Shown piece by piece: positions 47,708-57,315 of a stretch of 64,000 nucleotides of DNA. Numbering within the stretch: the first letter of the stretch is position 1; every line of letters begins with the position of its first letter. Under the pieces are notes generated by a model, which saw only the letters and a list, made by a program, of their open reading frames with translations, did no database searches and was not told the origin of the DNA. The position numbers and the translations under genes were made by a program. Source of the DNA: an uncultured beta proteobacterium (GTDB taxonomy: Bacteria > Pseudomonadota > Gammaproteobacteria > Burkholderiales > SG8-39); assembly GCA_963699535.1 (NCBI GenBank), contig CAVOUJ010000017.1, forward strand, positions 7,209-71,208, given 5' to 3'.

Positions 47708-49913
47708 CTACAGGAACGGCTCCGCGCGCTTCAGCAGCTCGGCGATGCCGGGCTCGTTTGGATTGCGCGGCTTTCCCGGGTGGATGATCGAAACCTGGCA
47801 GCTCTCCGCCGCCTCCACCAGCTCGCGATAAGTCCCGGCGTTGACGTCCGCAATATAGGCCTGCTTGTTCGCATCGTAGGCAAACATGCGGTTGTTGAGA
47901 TTGGTGCACTCGTTGCAGGTCGTGCAGCGTGGCGTCTCGATGTAGGGGTCGTCGGATCGCTTTTCCGGCTCGGCTTCGGCCGCAACCGGCTTCGCCGCAG
48001 GGGCGGCTGCCGGGGCTACGGGCGCTCCCGCGGTCGCGGGCTTCGCTTCGCGCTTCAGGGCTTCGATCTCGTGTTGCTTTTGCTCGTCCCAGACTTTCCG
48101 TTCCCGCGCGAGCAAGCGCTCCGCCTGCGAGCTGCGAACGCCGGCCAGTTCCTGCAGGCTGTGCCACATCTCGCGGCAGCGGTGCGCGGCCGCGAGCAGC
48201 TTCTCGTCAACCAGCGCGCGCCGCAGCGCGTGCTCGCCGTTGACCATCTGGAGATACGGAACCTTCCCCGCGACGGCCGATGAGTCGCTCCCGAGGCTGC
48301 TGCCGACCGGGACCATGCTTCCGTTCCATTCGGCCCGGGGCACGAGCGCGAAATGCCTCGCATAGCGCGGATCGCACGCGACGAAATCGACGAAGGTGAA
48401 CGCCATCTGTTCGCTTACGCTCTGATGGGCCTCGTCCTCGTAGCCGAACTCGTGTACCGGCCAGTCGGTCTCGGGCTGCGGATTGCCGTCGAGCGCAAAG
48501 CGCGTCGCCCAGTCCGGGCCCGCGGCGGGGTCGTAAGTGAACGCCGGGAACGCGCGCGACTGCATGGCGGCGGCGGCGTGGAGATAGGGCGGCAGCGTCC
48601 CGGCGCCGCTCGGGGAACCCGAGAACACGCTGAAAAGGGCGGGCCCCGCAAAGCTGAGCCCGGCGAGTATCCCGCGCCGCGCCCGGTAAAGGTGGGAGTT
48701 GCTCGCCTGCAGCACGTAGGCGTTCCCCAGCCCCATCGCCATCTTGCCGAGTTGCGCCGCGGGAGTGACGAGACTCCGGCGCGCGCGCAGCGCCGGCTCC
48801 TCCAGAACATCGCTCACCTGCACCACGACCTTGATCGGCATCTCGGATGCGAGGATTTCCATCAGGTCGGCGTTCTCGGGGTCGTGCAGGCTTTCCGATC
48901 CGATGCAGACGAGGTAGTCGGGAAACAGGCTCAGGTCCTTGCCTCCCACCGAGCTCTCGTCGAAATCCGAGAAAAACGGATCGTGCGTCGCCTCCAGGTA
49001 GCTCCCCTCGATCTCGAGCTCGGCGATGGCCATCGCTTTGACGAGGCCGATCGTCTGCGGCAGGCGGTTGCGGAACGCCGCCAGCGCTTCCCTGCAATTC
49101 GCGAATGCGCAAGACTTGAGGTCGTCGGGCCAGCCGGCGCCCCGCCGCTCGCCTGACTGGTGCGCCTTCAGCACGGAAAGCACCTGCTCCACCCGCTGTC
49201 GGCGGCTGTCCGGAAGCGTGTTCTTGCCCGAAACCTGCGCGAGCGTCTTCGACAGCGCCTGGAAGTCGAAGGCCCCCTCCATGCCCGTCCCGACCGCGGC
49301 TTTGAGCCGGGCCGCGCTCGTGCCCGCGCTCGAGCGGACGAAATCGGCCTGAAGGATGTCCGACAACTTGGCGATGAGCCACTTCAACTCCTCGTCGAAG
49401 CGTTTGAATTTGTGCCGCTGCAAGGCGTGCCAGGCGTGCGTCATGAGACGCGCGGGCAGTTCATAGGTGCAATCGACGACTTCGCCGTCGACCTGCAGCG
49501 CGGCTCGCGCGCGGTTGAGGCTGCCGGCGAGCGCCGGGTCGGCCGGTGCTCCCGACCCGTTTCGCGGCCAGGTCCCACAGCCGGGACAGGGGCCCGGTGT
49601 CGCCATTCGCGGCCAGCATGCGGATTTCACGCTCGAGGCGCAGCACGTGGCGGCGCGTCGCCTCGCCCTCGATGCCGCGCGGGGCGATCGCCTGCAGGAC
49701 GCCGTCGACCAGGACCGAGAGGGACTGGATGCCGGTTTCGTCGGCGCGATCCGCGACCAGAACCAGCGGGAAGTCGTAGCGCAACTGCGTCAGGTCCCCG
49801 AAGCGGGCAAGCAGTCCCGGCCTCAGGTCCAGCCCTTCGGCCGCCTGCAGGCTGGCGCCCATTCGTTTGCCGGTCAGATGGAAGGCAAGGTGCGCTTGAA
49901 GTTCGGTACCCAT
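47708..49913 (-). pseudogene. Large (about 735-aa) conserved-looking protein of unknown function with a C-terminal ferredoxin-type Cys motif; one frameshift near 49560
   Basis: The N-terminus is ORF 49461..49913 (MGTELQAHLAFHLTGKR..). The rest is ORF 47708..49630. The C-terminus is ..DDPYIETPRCTTCNECTNLNNRMFAYDANKQAYIADVNAGTYRELVEAAESCQVSIIHPG, i.e. CxxCxxC followed by a distal C. The start lies 8 nt after the korB stop. Confidence 0.6.
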
Positions 49914-49920
49914 GGCGTGA

Positions 49921-50940
49921 TCAATCCGCTGTTCGGTTCGCGCGCGACCGACTCATGGCCGCGCCTCGCGCAGCTTCCTCCTGCGGCCAGACCGTGAACT
50001 TGTCGAGCTCCGCCTCGAGCCCGCGCTGGATCAGCTCGGGGGTGCGCAGTTGCTTGATCGCGCGCACATCCTCGTAGCAGGGCACGGCGGGATTGTGGTA
50101 CAGGATGCCGACCGGAATCGGATCCTCGGCGGAGGCGATCTCGCGCGCCCGATCGAGGTTCGAGGGGTCGTGCTCCTGCTGGTTCTTGTATACCTTGCCG
50201 AGCGCGGCGCTCACGTGCAGGCCCTTCTCGTGCGTGAGCAGCAGGATCCGGTTCGGGTCGTTCATCCAGGGGTCCAGCAGATTCGGCAGGAACTCCGGAC
50301 AGCGCTGGATGATGCGCACGAAGGAGCAGCCCTTGTGGTGAAAGGCCCTGGAGATGATGTCGTAGACCAGTTCCGGAATCCAGTCCACCGCCTGCGCGAC
50401 GAACGAGACGTTCTGGATCCCCAGCGTGACGGTGAGGGGATTCAAGGCGTCGAGATAGGCGCCGCGCGGCGTGGTCTTGCTCTTCAGCCCCTTGGGCGTC
50501 GTGGGTGAGGCCTGCATCTTGGTGAGGCCGTAGATGTGGTTGTCGTGCACCACCACGGTGAGGTTCATGTTGTAGCGGATGGCGTGCACCCAGTGGGCGG
50601 CGCCGATGCTGCAGCAGTCCCCGTCGCCGGTATTCACGAAGACGTGCAGGTCCGGGCGCGCGAGCCGGATGCCCTCCGCGATCGGCAGCGCCCGGCCGTG
50701 AATGCCGTGAAAACCGTAGGTCTTCATGTAATGCGGAAAGCGGCTCGAGCAGCCGATGCCCGAGACGAACACGGTCTTCTCCGGGCGCAGCTTCTCGTCG
50801 CGGCACAGGCGCTGGACCGCGGTGAGGATGGCGTTGTCGCCGCAGCCGTTGCACCACCGCGGAATGCTGCCCTGGTAGTCCTCGAGGTTGTGCTCCTCCT
50901 CGTACATCCGCATCAGGCATTCATGGGCTCGCGTTGTCAT
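49921..50940 (-). CDS. korB: 2-oxoacid:ferredoxin oxidoreductase subunit beta (TPP-binding)
   Basis: ATG 50940 opens MTTRAHECLMRMYEEEHNLEDYQGSIPRWCNGCGDNAIL... Further motifs are ..SGIGCSSRFPHY.. and ..VNTGDGDCCSIG... 339 aa. In the track it is fused to korA only through an upstream indel. Confidence 0.85.
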   Translation of the reverse strand: MTTRAHECLMRMYEEEHNLEDYQGSIPRWCNGCGDNAILTAVQRLCRDEKLRPEKTVFVSGIGCSSRFPHYMKTYGFHGIHGRALPIAEGIRLARPDLHVFVNTGDGDCCSIGAAHWVHAIRYNMNLTVVVHDNHIYGLTKMQASPTTPKGLKSKTTPRGAYLDALNPLTVTLGIQNVSFVAQAVDWIPELVYDIISRAFHHKGCSFVRIIQRCPEFLPNLLDPWMNDPNRILLLTHEKGLHVSAALGKVYKNQQEHDPSNLDRAREIASAEDPIPVGILYHNPAVPCYEDVRAIKQLRTPELIQRGLEAELDKFTVWPQEEAARGAAMSRSRANRTAD

Positions 50941-50942
50941 GG

Positions 50943-52810
50943 TCAGCGCTTTCCTTGCACCAGCTTGTTCGAGATCACGCGGTAGATCGCATCCGGCTTG
51001 ATCGGCTGGCCGCGCACCTCGCTCCAGCAATCGACGTCGGCGAGAGTAGCGCGAGCGCAGCATCATGGCGAGCGCGGAGTAACGCCGGTTGCTTTCGTCG
51101 ATCAACTCGTCCTCGGGGTTGTCGCACCAGCTCGCCTCGATCGTCATCACCTGCTTGAAGCGCTTCAGGATCTCCTTGATCCCGCCCGGCATGGGCTGGA
51201 GGAAGCGCAGGTGCAGCGAAGAAACCTTGCGGCCTTCGGCGCGCAGGCGCTCGACCGCCTCCTCGATCGCGCCCTGCGTGCTGCCCCAGCCGATCACCAG
51301 CAGATCGCCTTCCTCCCCGCCGAACACCGGCGGCGTCTTCAACGTCTTCTGCAGCGCCGCGAGCTTCAGGCTGCGGTGCCGCAGGCTTTCCTCGTTGATC
51401 TCGGGATCGTAGGCGACGTGGGAGAGGCGGTCGTGCGCGAGACCGGTCAGCGTGTGCATGCCGTGCGGCTGGCCGGGCACGAAGCGGCGCGCGAGACCGG
51501 TGAGCGGGTCCCAGTCGTAGGGTTTCGCGCCTTCGGGCACCGGGCTCTGGTCCACGGGGGGCGCGAGCCAGGCTTCGTTGAACGCCGGCCGCGGGAACGG
51601 CTGCTGCGAGGTCGCGAGATTGGCATCCGAGAGCACGACCACCACCATGTTGAACGTCTCGGCGATCTTGCGCGCGGTGATGATCGAATAGAAGCAGTCT
51701 TCGATGCTGCTCGGGGCCATCACCACCTTGGGCGCGTCGCCGTGGCTGCCGAAGCAGGCGGCAAGCAGGTCGCCTTGCTCGGCCTTGGTCGGCTGGCCGG
51801 TGCTCGGCCCCCCGCGCTGCACGTTGACCACCACCAGCGGGATCTCGCACATCACGGCAAGGCCGATCGCCTCCTGCTTGAGCGAATAGCCCGGGCCGGA
51901 GGTGATGGTGACCGCGCACTTGCCGGCATAGGAGGCCCCGATGGCGAAAGCGCAGGCGGCGATCTCGTCCTCCGCCTGGTGCACGACGCCGCCCACCTTC
52001 TCGAACACTTCGCTCAGGTAGTGCGACGCCGAGGTCGCCGGCGTGATGGGATACATCGCGCACACCTCCATCCCCGAAGCGAGGACCCCGAGGGCGAGCG
52101 CGGTGTTGCCGTTGACCACGATCTGCGCCTCCTTCGCGCGGGTCGCGGGGATGCGGTACTTGAAATCGAGATGGGTTTCGGCCCACTGGTAGCCGGCTTC
52201 GAGCAGCGCCACGTTGGCCTTGATCACCTTTTCTTCCTTCTTGCCGAAGATGAACGCGATCTGCTCGCGGGCGAGCTGCAGGTCGAGGCTGTAGAGGTTG
52301 CAGAGCATCCCGAGCACGAACATGTTCTTGCCGCGGCGCGGATCGGAGACGAGCGTCTTGCACTCGCGCTCCATCGGGATCTCGCGCACGTCGTAGCCGT
52401 CCTTGACCAGCCGGTCGAAGGTTTCACGGTAGGCGGCGGCGATCTTCGCGTCCGGGTGCTCGCGCCACATGCTCTCGAGCAGGATGAGTGCAGCCGGGCT
52501 TCAACTCGCGGTCGCGCACGCGCCCGAGCAGCACCTGCTCGTTGAAGGCGACCACCAGGTCGGCCTCGTTGCCGCCGTTGGTGACGCGGCGCGAACCGAT
52601 GCGGACCCGGTTGCCGCTCGCGCCGGCGATGCTGCGCGCCGGCGGCTGGATCTCGGCGGGAATGATCTCGACGGTCCAGATCCCGTTGCCCATGCGCGCG
52701 GCGATCGCGCCGAAGGACTGCCCGCAGCGCTGCGCGCCTTCCCCCGAATCGCTGACGATCTCGATGACGTGCTCGGCGAGCGTCGTGGCCGGCTTCGCAC
52801 CCGCCAGCAC
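50943..52810 (-). pseudogene. korA: 2-oxoacid:ferredoxin oxidoreductase subunit alpha, two frameshifts (about 51045 and 52490)
   Basis: The start ..HVIEIVSDSGEGAQRCGQSFG.. is in ORF 52424..52810. ..CAMYPITPATSASHYL..VVHQAEDEIAACAFAIGASYAG.. is in ORF 49921..52470. Removing one T after ..LRSRY restores ..LADVDCWSEVRGQPIKPDAIYRVISNKLVQGKR-TGA, ending 2 nt before the korB ATG. Confidence 0.8.
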
Positions 52811-52904
52811 GTTTGCCAGCCCGGGTTCCGGTGGTGGGATCCAGTGCGGTCGTCTCGTTCATAGTCAGTTTGTCATCCTAGTGTCGCCGCCGGACGCCGC
52901 CCGC

Positions 52905-54407
52905 TCAGGCGAGGTGCACGCGCGCGAAGGTTTTCTCCGCAGGATCGATGCCGAACAGGGTTCCTTCACTGCCCGCGCGCTCCGGCAGGTACACCGACTC
53001 CGTATCCCGGATGCCGAGCCAGGCCTTCATGCTGCGGGCGGCCTTGCGCCCGGCACCCATCGCCTCGATCACGGTGGCGGCGCCGGTCACGATGTCGCCG
53101 CCCGCGAAGACGCCGGCCATCGAGGTCGCGAGGTTCCCGTCCACCTCGATGTAGCCGCGGCGGTTCAATTTCAGCTTCGACGTTTGCCCGATGATCGGAT
53201 TGGCGTGGGTGCCGATGGCGATCACCACCGTGTCGGTCTCGAATTCGAACTCGCTCCCCGGGACCGGCACCGGGCCGCGCCGCCCGGATTCGTCCGGCTC
53301 GCCGAGCTCCATGCGGATGCAGCGCATCCCGCGCACGTTGCCCTTGCCGTCGTCGAGGATCTCGACCGGGTTGGTGAGCCAGTGGAATTCGATGCCTTCC
53401 TCCTCCGCGTGGTGCACTTCCTCGACCCGCGCCGGGCTCTCGGCCTTCGTGCGGCGATAGATGCAGGTGACCTTCTCGGAGCCGAGCCGCTTGCACACGC
53501 GCATCGCGTCCATCGCCGTGTTGCCGGCGCCGATCACCGCCACGCGCCGCCCGAGCGGCAGGGGCGTGTCATGGCCCGGATCGCGCGCGCGCATCATGTT
53601 GCAGCGGGTGAGCAGCTCGTTCGCCGAGAGCACGTTGTTGAGCGAATCGCCCGGGATGCCCATGAATCTCGGGTAGCCCGCGCCGGTGCCGATGAAGACG
53701 GCATCGAATCCCATCTCGCCGATCATCTGCTCGATCGTGAACAGCCGCCCGACCAGCGTGTTGCATTCGAACCGGACTCCGAGCTTTTTCAGGTTTTCGA
53801 TTTCGGCGTCGACCACCGCGTTGGGCAAACGGAAATCGGGAATGCCGTAGCGCAGCACCCCGCCGGGAACGTGAAAAGCCTCGAATACCGTGACCTCGCA
53901 GCCGGCCTTGGCCATGTCGGCCGCGCACGCCATCCCGGCCGGGCCCGAGCCGACGATCCCGACCCGGAAGCCGCTCGGCTCGATGTAGGGGACGTTGCTC
54001 CAGCCCTCCTTGATCGCCATGTCGCCGACAAAGCGCTCGAGGCGTCCGATCGCGACCGGCTCGAGGTTCTCGCCGACAGGGCACGGGCCCTCGCACTGCG
54101 TCTCCTGCGGGCAGACGCGGCCGCACACCGAGGCGAGCAGGTTGGCGTCGGTGATGACGCCGTAGGCACCGCGAAAGTCCTTCTCTCCGATCTTGCGGAT
54201 GAAGCCGGGGATGTCGATGCTGACCGGGCAGCCCTCGACGCAGGCCGGGTCCGGACAAAACAGGCAGCGTTCGGACTCGCGCAGCGCATCTTCGACGCTG
54301 AAAGCGCAGGTCACTTCGGCGAAATTTGTCGCGCGCTCGCGGGGATCCTGCTCGCGCGCGCGCGTGCGTTCCTGCGGTATCGACCGTATGGTCCGTTTCT
54401 TCGCCAT
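52905..54407 (-). CDS. NfnB/SudA/GltD-like NAD(P)H-dependent FAD iron-sulfur oxidoreductase subunit
   Basis: The Met at 54407 opens the protein. The N-terminal 2x[4Fe-4S]-type motifs are CLFCPDPACVEGCP and CGRVCPQETQCEGPC. The dinucleotide folds are VGIVGSGPAGMACA and VAVIGAGNTAMD, followed by ..GVFAGGDIVTG... 500 aa. Confidence 0.8.
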   Translation of the reverse strand: MAKKRTIRSIPQERTRAREQDPRERATNFAEVTCAFSVEDALRESERCLFCPDPACVEGCPVSIDIPGFIRKIGEKDFRGAYGVITDANLLASVCGRVCPQETQCEGPCPVGENLEPVAIGRLERFVGDMAIKEGWSNVPYIEPSGFRVGIVGSGPAGMACAADMAKAGCEVTVFEAFHVPGGVLRYGIPDFRLPNAVVDAEIENLKKLGVRFECNTLVGRLFTIEQMIGEMGFDAVFIGTGAGYPRFMGIPGDSLNNVLSANELLTRCNMMRARDPGHDTPLPLGRRVAVIGAGNTAMDAMRVCKRLGSEKVTCIYRRTKAESPARVEEVHHAEEEGIEFHWLTNPVEILDDGKGNVRGMRCIRMELGEPDESGRRGPVPVPGSEFEFETDTVVIAIGTHANPIIGQTSKLKLNRRGYIEVDGNLATSMAGVFAGGDIVTGAATVIEAMGAGRKAARSMKAWLGIRDTESVYLPERAGSEGTLFGIDPAEKTFARVHLA

Positions 54408-54408
54408 C

Positions 54409-55341
54409 CTAGCCGCCTCGCACTTCCTCAAATGGATCGGGCAGCACAAGCGCCTCGCCCGCCGGGGGCTGCGGCGGGATCTTCATCCGGCAGCTTTCCG
54501 ACCAGCGCTCGAGCGCCGCTTTTTCCTCGGCCGCAAAGCGCCTGAGCCGCGTCGTGAGATCCTCGAAATCGACCTGATGGCCGTCGAAGTCCGGACCGTC
54601 GACGCAGGCGAACTTCACCTCGCCGCCGATCCGTACGCGGCAGCCACCGCACATCCCGGTGCCGTCGACCATCACCGGGTTGAGACTCACCACCGTCTTG
54701 ATTTTGTGGGGGCGCGTTTCCTCGGCGCAGGCCTTCATCATCACCGGCGGGCCGATGGCGATCACCTCGCCGATGTCCGGATGCTTGGCGATCGCGCGCT
54801 TGATGCCTTCGGTCACCGGCCCCCTCACGCCCACCGAGCCATCGTCGGTGCACACGATCAGCTCGTCGCAGCAGCCGCGGAACTTGTCCTCCCAGAAGAT
54901 CAGCTTCCAGGAGCGAAAACCGATCACCCCGATCACGTACGCGCCCGCCTCCTTGAAACCGCGCGCCTGGGGAAACACCGGCGCGACTCCGAGGCCCCCC
55001 CCGACGCACATGACCTTCTTCGCGTTGCTCAAATGACTCGGGACGCCCATCGGTCCGACCAGCGCATGGAGCAAGCTACCGGCCTTGCAGTGCTGCTGCA
55101 TCTCCCGGGTAGTCTTACCGACCGCCTGGATCACGAGGGTTATCGTGCCCTTACCGCGGTCAAAGTCCGCAATGGTGAGCGGGATGCGCTCGCCCTCGGC
55201 GTGGGACATGATGATGACGAACTGGCCCGGCCGCGCGGCTTTTGCCATCAGCGGATGGCGGACTTCGAGCAGGAAGGTGACGTCCGAGAAGTCCTCTCGC
55301 GCCACGATCTCGAAACTTGCGGCTTTTCCTGTCCCGGGCAT
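54409..55341 (-). CDS. NfnA/SudB-like FAD/NAD-binding [2Fe-2S] subunit (PyrK/ferredoxin-NADP reductase fold)
   Basis: ..PGQFVIIMSHAEGERIPLTIAD.. and ..CVGGGLGVAPVFP.. are present. The C-terminal cluster motif is GTGMCGGCRVRIGGEVKFACVDGP. The stop lies 1 nt before the nfnB-like ATG. Confidence 0.8.
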   Translation of the reverse strand: MPGTGKAASFEIVAREDFSDVTFLLEVRHPLMAKAARPGQFVIIMSHAEGERIPLTIADFDRGKGTITLVIQAVGKTTREMQQHCKAGSLLHALVGPMGVPSHLSNAKKVMCVGGGLGVAPVFPQARGFKEAGAYVIGVIGFRSWKLIFWEDKFRGCCDELIVCTDDGSVGVRGPVTEGIKRAIAKHPDIGEVIAIGPPVMMKACAEETRPHKIKTVVSLNPVMVDGTGMCGGCRVRIGGEVKFACVDGPDFDGHQVDFEDLTTRLRRFAAEEKAALERWSESCRMKIPPQPPAGEALVLPDPFEEVRGG

Positions 55342-55506
55342 CGATGATGCCCGCGCGCCTGACCGGCCCGCGGGAACCGTTTCGGCAATCTTCTGGTATC
55401 AGGGGGGCTCCGATTTGATCTAGCTCAAGAAACCCCCAAGTCTCCCTCCGGCTAACCCATGAAACCGCGCGGAATTCCGCCTGGCGTTGCAGTTGTCGAC
55501 GGACCT

Positions 55507-57243
55507 TCACTCCCCCAGCGCAACCCCCTCGCGTCTTGAGTCCGCCCCACCCGTCCAACCTTCGCTCGTCCGCACGATCCCGTGCAGGCCGCTCGTTTCC
55601 GGGCGGATGCGCACGCTGTGGCCCATGCGCTCGAGTTCGGGCGCAAGCCGCTCGAGCGCCGTGCCGCGCTCCAGCTCGGTCGGACCGTTGCGACTCCCCA
55701 TGTGCGGCGCGTCGATGGCCTTCTGGATGTCCATCTCCCAGTCGAGCAGGTTCACGAGCGTCAGGGCCACGTAATTGATGATCGAATGGCCGCCCGGCGA
55801 GCCGATCACCATGTACAGCTTCCCGTTTTCGTCGAACACCATCGTCGGCGCCATGGAACTCCGGGGGCGCTTTTTCGCTTCGACGCGGTTGGCGACCGGT
55901 CTCCCGTCTTCCTCGGGTGTCCAGGAGAAATCCGTGAGCTGATTGTTGAGGAGGAAGCCGCGCACCATCTGGCGGTTGCCGAAGGCGGCTTCGATACTGG
56001 TCGTCATCGCGACCGCATTCCCCTCAGCATCGACCACCGAGATGTGGGTCGTCGCCGGAAGCTCCGCCGGTTCCGCGATCCCGTAGCCGGCCGCGATCCC
56101 CGCCGGATCACCGGCGCGGGCCCGTCCCATCGAGCGCTCCAGGTCGATGAGCTTCGCGCGCGCCGCAAGGTAGCGGGAATCGAGCAGCGCGGCGAGCGGC
56201 GCTCGCACGAAATCGGGGTCGGCGATATAGCGATTGCGATCGGCATAGGCAAGCCTCCCGGCCTCGGAAAAGAGATGAACCACCTCGACCGAGTCGGGCT
56301 TGAGAGCGCGCACGTCGAAGCGCTCGAGAATCTTCAGTATCTGCAGTACCGCGAACCCGCCCGAGCTGGGCGGAGGCATGCCGCACACTCGCCAGCGCCG
56401 GTACGCGCCGCACAGCGGCTCGCGTTTCTTCGCCGCGTATCCGGAAAGATCCGGCTCGGAGATGTCGCCGGGAGCGCGCTTGTGATTGCGCACCGCGGCG
56501 ACGATGTTGCGGGCGATCTCCCCCCGGTAGAACGCATCGGGGCCGCGCGACGCGATGCGTTTCAGCACCGCCGCGAACTGCGGATTCTTCAGCGAAGTGC
56601 CTTTCGGCTTCGCGGCGCCATCGGACGAATAGAAGTAGCCGCGGGCATTGTCATCGAGTCGAAGGAACCGGTCGGTGGCGACGAGCGCGTGCAGCCGCGG
56701 CGAGATCGGGAATCCCTGCTCCGCCAGCTTGATCGCCGGCTCGAAGAGCTCAGCCCACGCACGCCTCCCATGCTCGCGGTGCACCATCTCGAGCAGACGA
56801 AGCAAGCCCGGCGCGCCCACCGATTTTCCGCTCGCCACCGCGTCGGGCCACTCGAGCGGCCTTCCGTTCGAATCGAGAAAGCGCCCGGGCCCCGCCGCCG
56901 CGGGCGCGGTTTCCCTGCCGTCATAGGCCGCGAGCCTCCCGTCGCGCGCGGTATAGTGGAGGAGAAACCCTCCGCCGCCGATACCGGAGGATTGCGGTTC
57001 CACGAGATTGAGGACGAGCTGCGCGGCGATCGCGGCGTCGACCGCGCTGCCGCCGCGGCGCAGCGCATCGTAGCCGGCGCGCGCGGCGAGCGGATGCGCC
57101 GCGACCATCATGAAGCGCCGGGCGGTGACGAGCTGCTTGGGAACGATTTCGGTCGCCGGCTCGGGGGCCGGCTGCCCCCAGGCGCCGGGCGCAGCGAGAA
57201 CGAGTCCCGCGCCTGCGAGGACGACTGCCCGGAAACTGGCCAC
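55507..57243 (-). CDS. ggt: Gamma-glutamyltransferase
   Basis: The signal peptide is followed by ..PQSSGIGGGGF... The autoprocessing site is ..LPATTHISVVDAEGNAVAMTTSIE.., followed by ..GSPGG... 578 aa, intact. Confidence 0.9.
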   Translation of the reverse strand: MASFRAVVLAGAGLVLAAPGAWGQPAPEPATEIVPKQLVTARRFMMVAAHPLAARAGYDALRRGGSAVDAAIAAQLVLNLVEPQSSGIGGGGFLLHYTARDGRLAAYDGRETAPAAAGPGRFLDSNGRPLEWPDAVASGKSVGAPGLLRLLEMVHREHGRRAWAELFEPAIKLAEQGFPISPRLHALVATDRFLRLDDNARGYFYSSDGAAKPKGTSLKNPQFAAVLKRIASRGPDAFYRGEIARNIVAAVRNHKRAPGDISEPDLSGYAAKKREPLCGAYRRWRVCGMPPPSSGGFAVLQILKILERFDVRALKPDSVEVVHLFSEAGRLAYADRNRYIADPDFVRAPLAALLDSRYLAARAKLIDLERSMGRARAGDPAGIAAGYGIAEPAELPATTHISVVDAEGNAVAMTTSIEAAFGNRQMVRGFLLNNQLTDFSWTPEEDGRPVANRVEAKKRPRSSMAPTMVFDENGKLYMVIGSPGGHSIINYVALTLVNLLDWEMDIQKAIDAPHMGSRNGPTELERGTALERLAPELERMGHSVRIRPETSGLHGIVRTSEGWTGGADSRREGVALGE

Positions 57244-57315
57244 GGATCGACGCGAGAGTTCAGGGACCGGGGCAACCCGGCGAAGGGGAAGCGCAGACCG
57301 CCCGCGAGCGCGCGT

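Noticed and set aside
47559-48167. 202-aa minus-strand ORF ending in a CPPPPPPP tract
   Set aside because: Most of it is off-frame over the large kor-linked gene. Only its last roughly 17-32 codons are meaningful, and they are reported separately as a ggt 3' relic. The poly-Pro is read-through of GC-rich intergenic DNA.
52488-54545. 685-aa + strand ORF antisense to the nfnB-like gene
   Set aside because: It is a shadow ORF. It has low-complexity Ala/Arg/Pro text and no motifs, while the minus strand carries a complete Fe-S/FAD oxidoreductase with all motifs.
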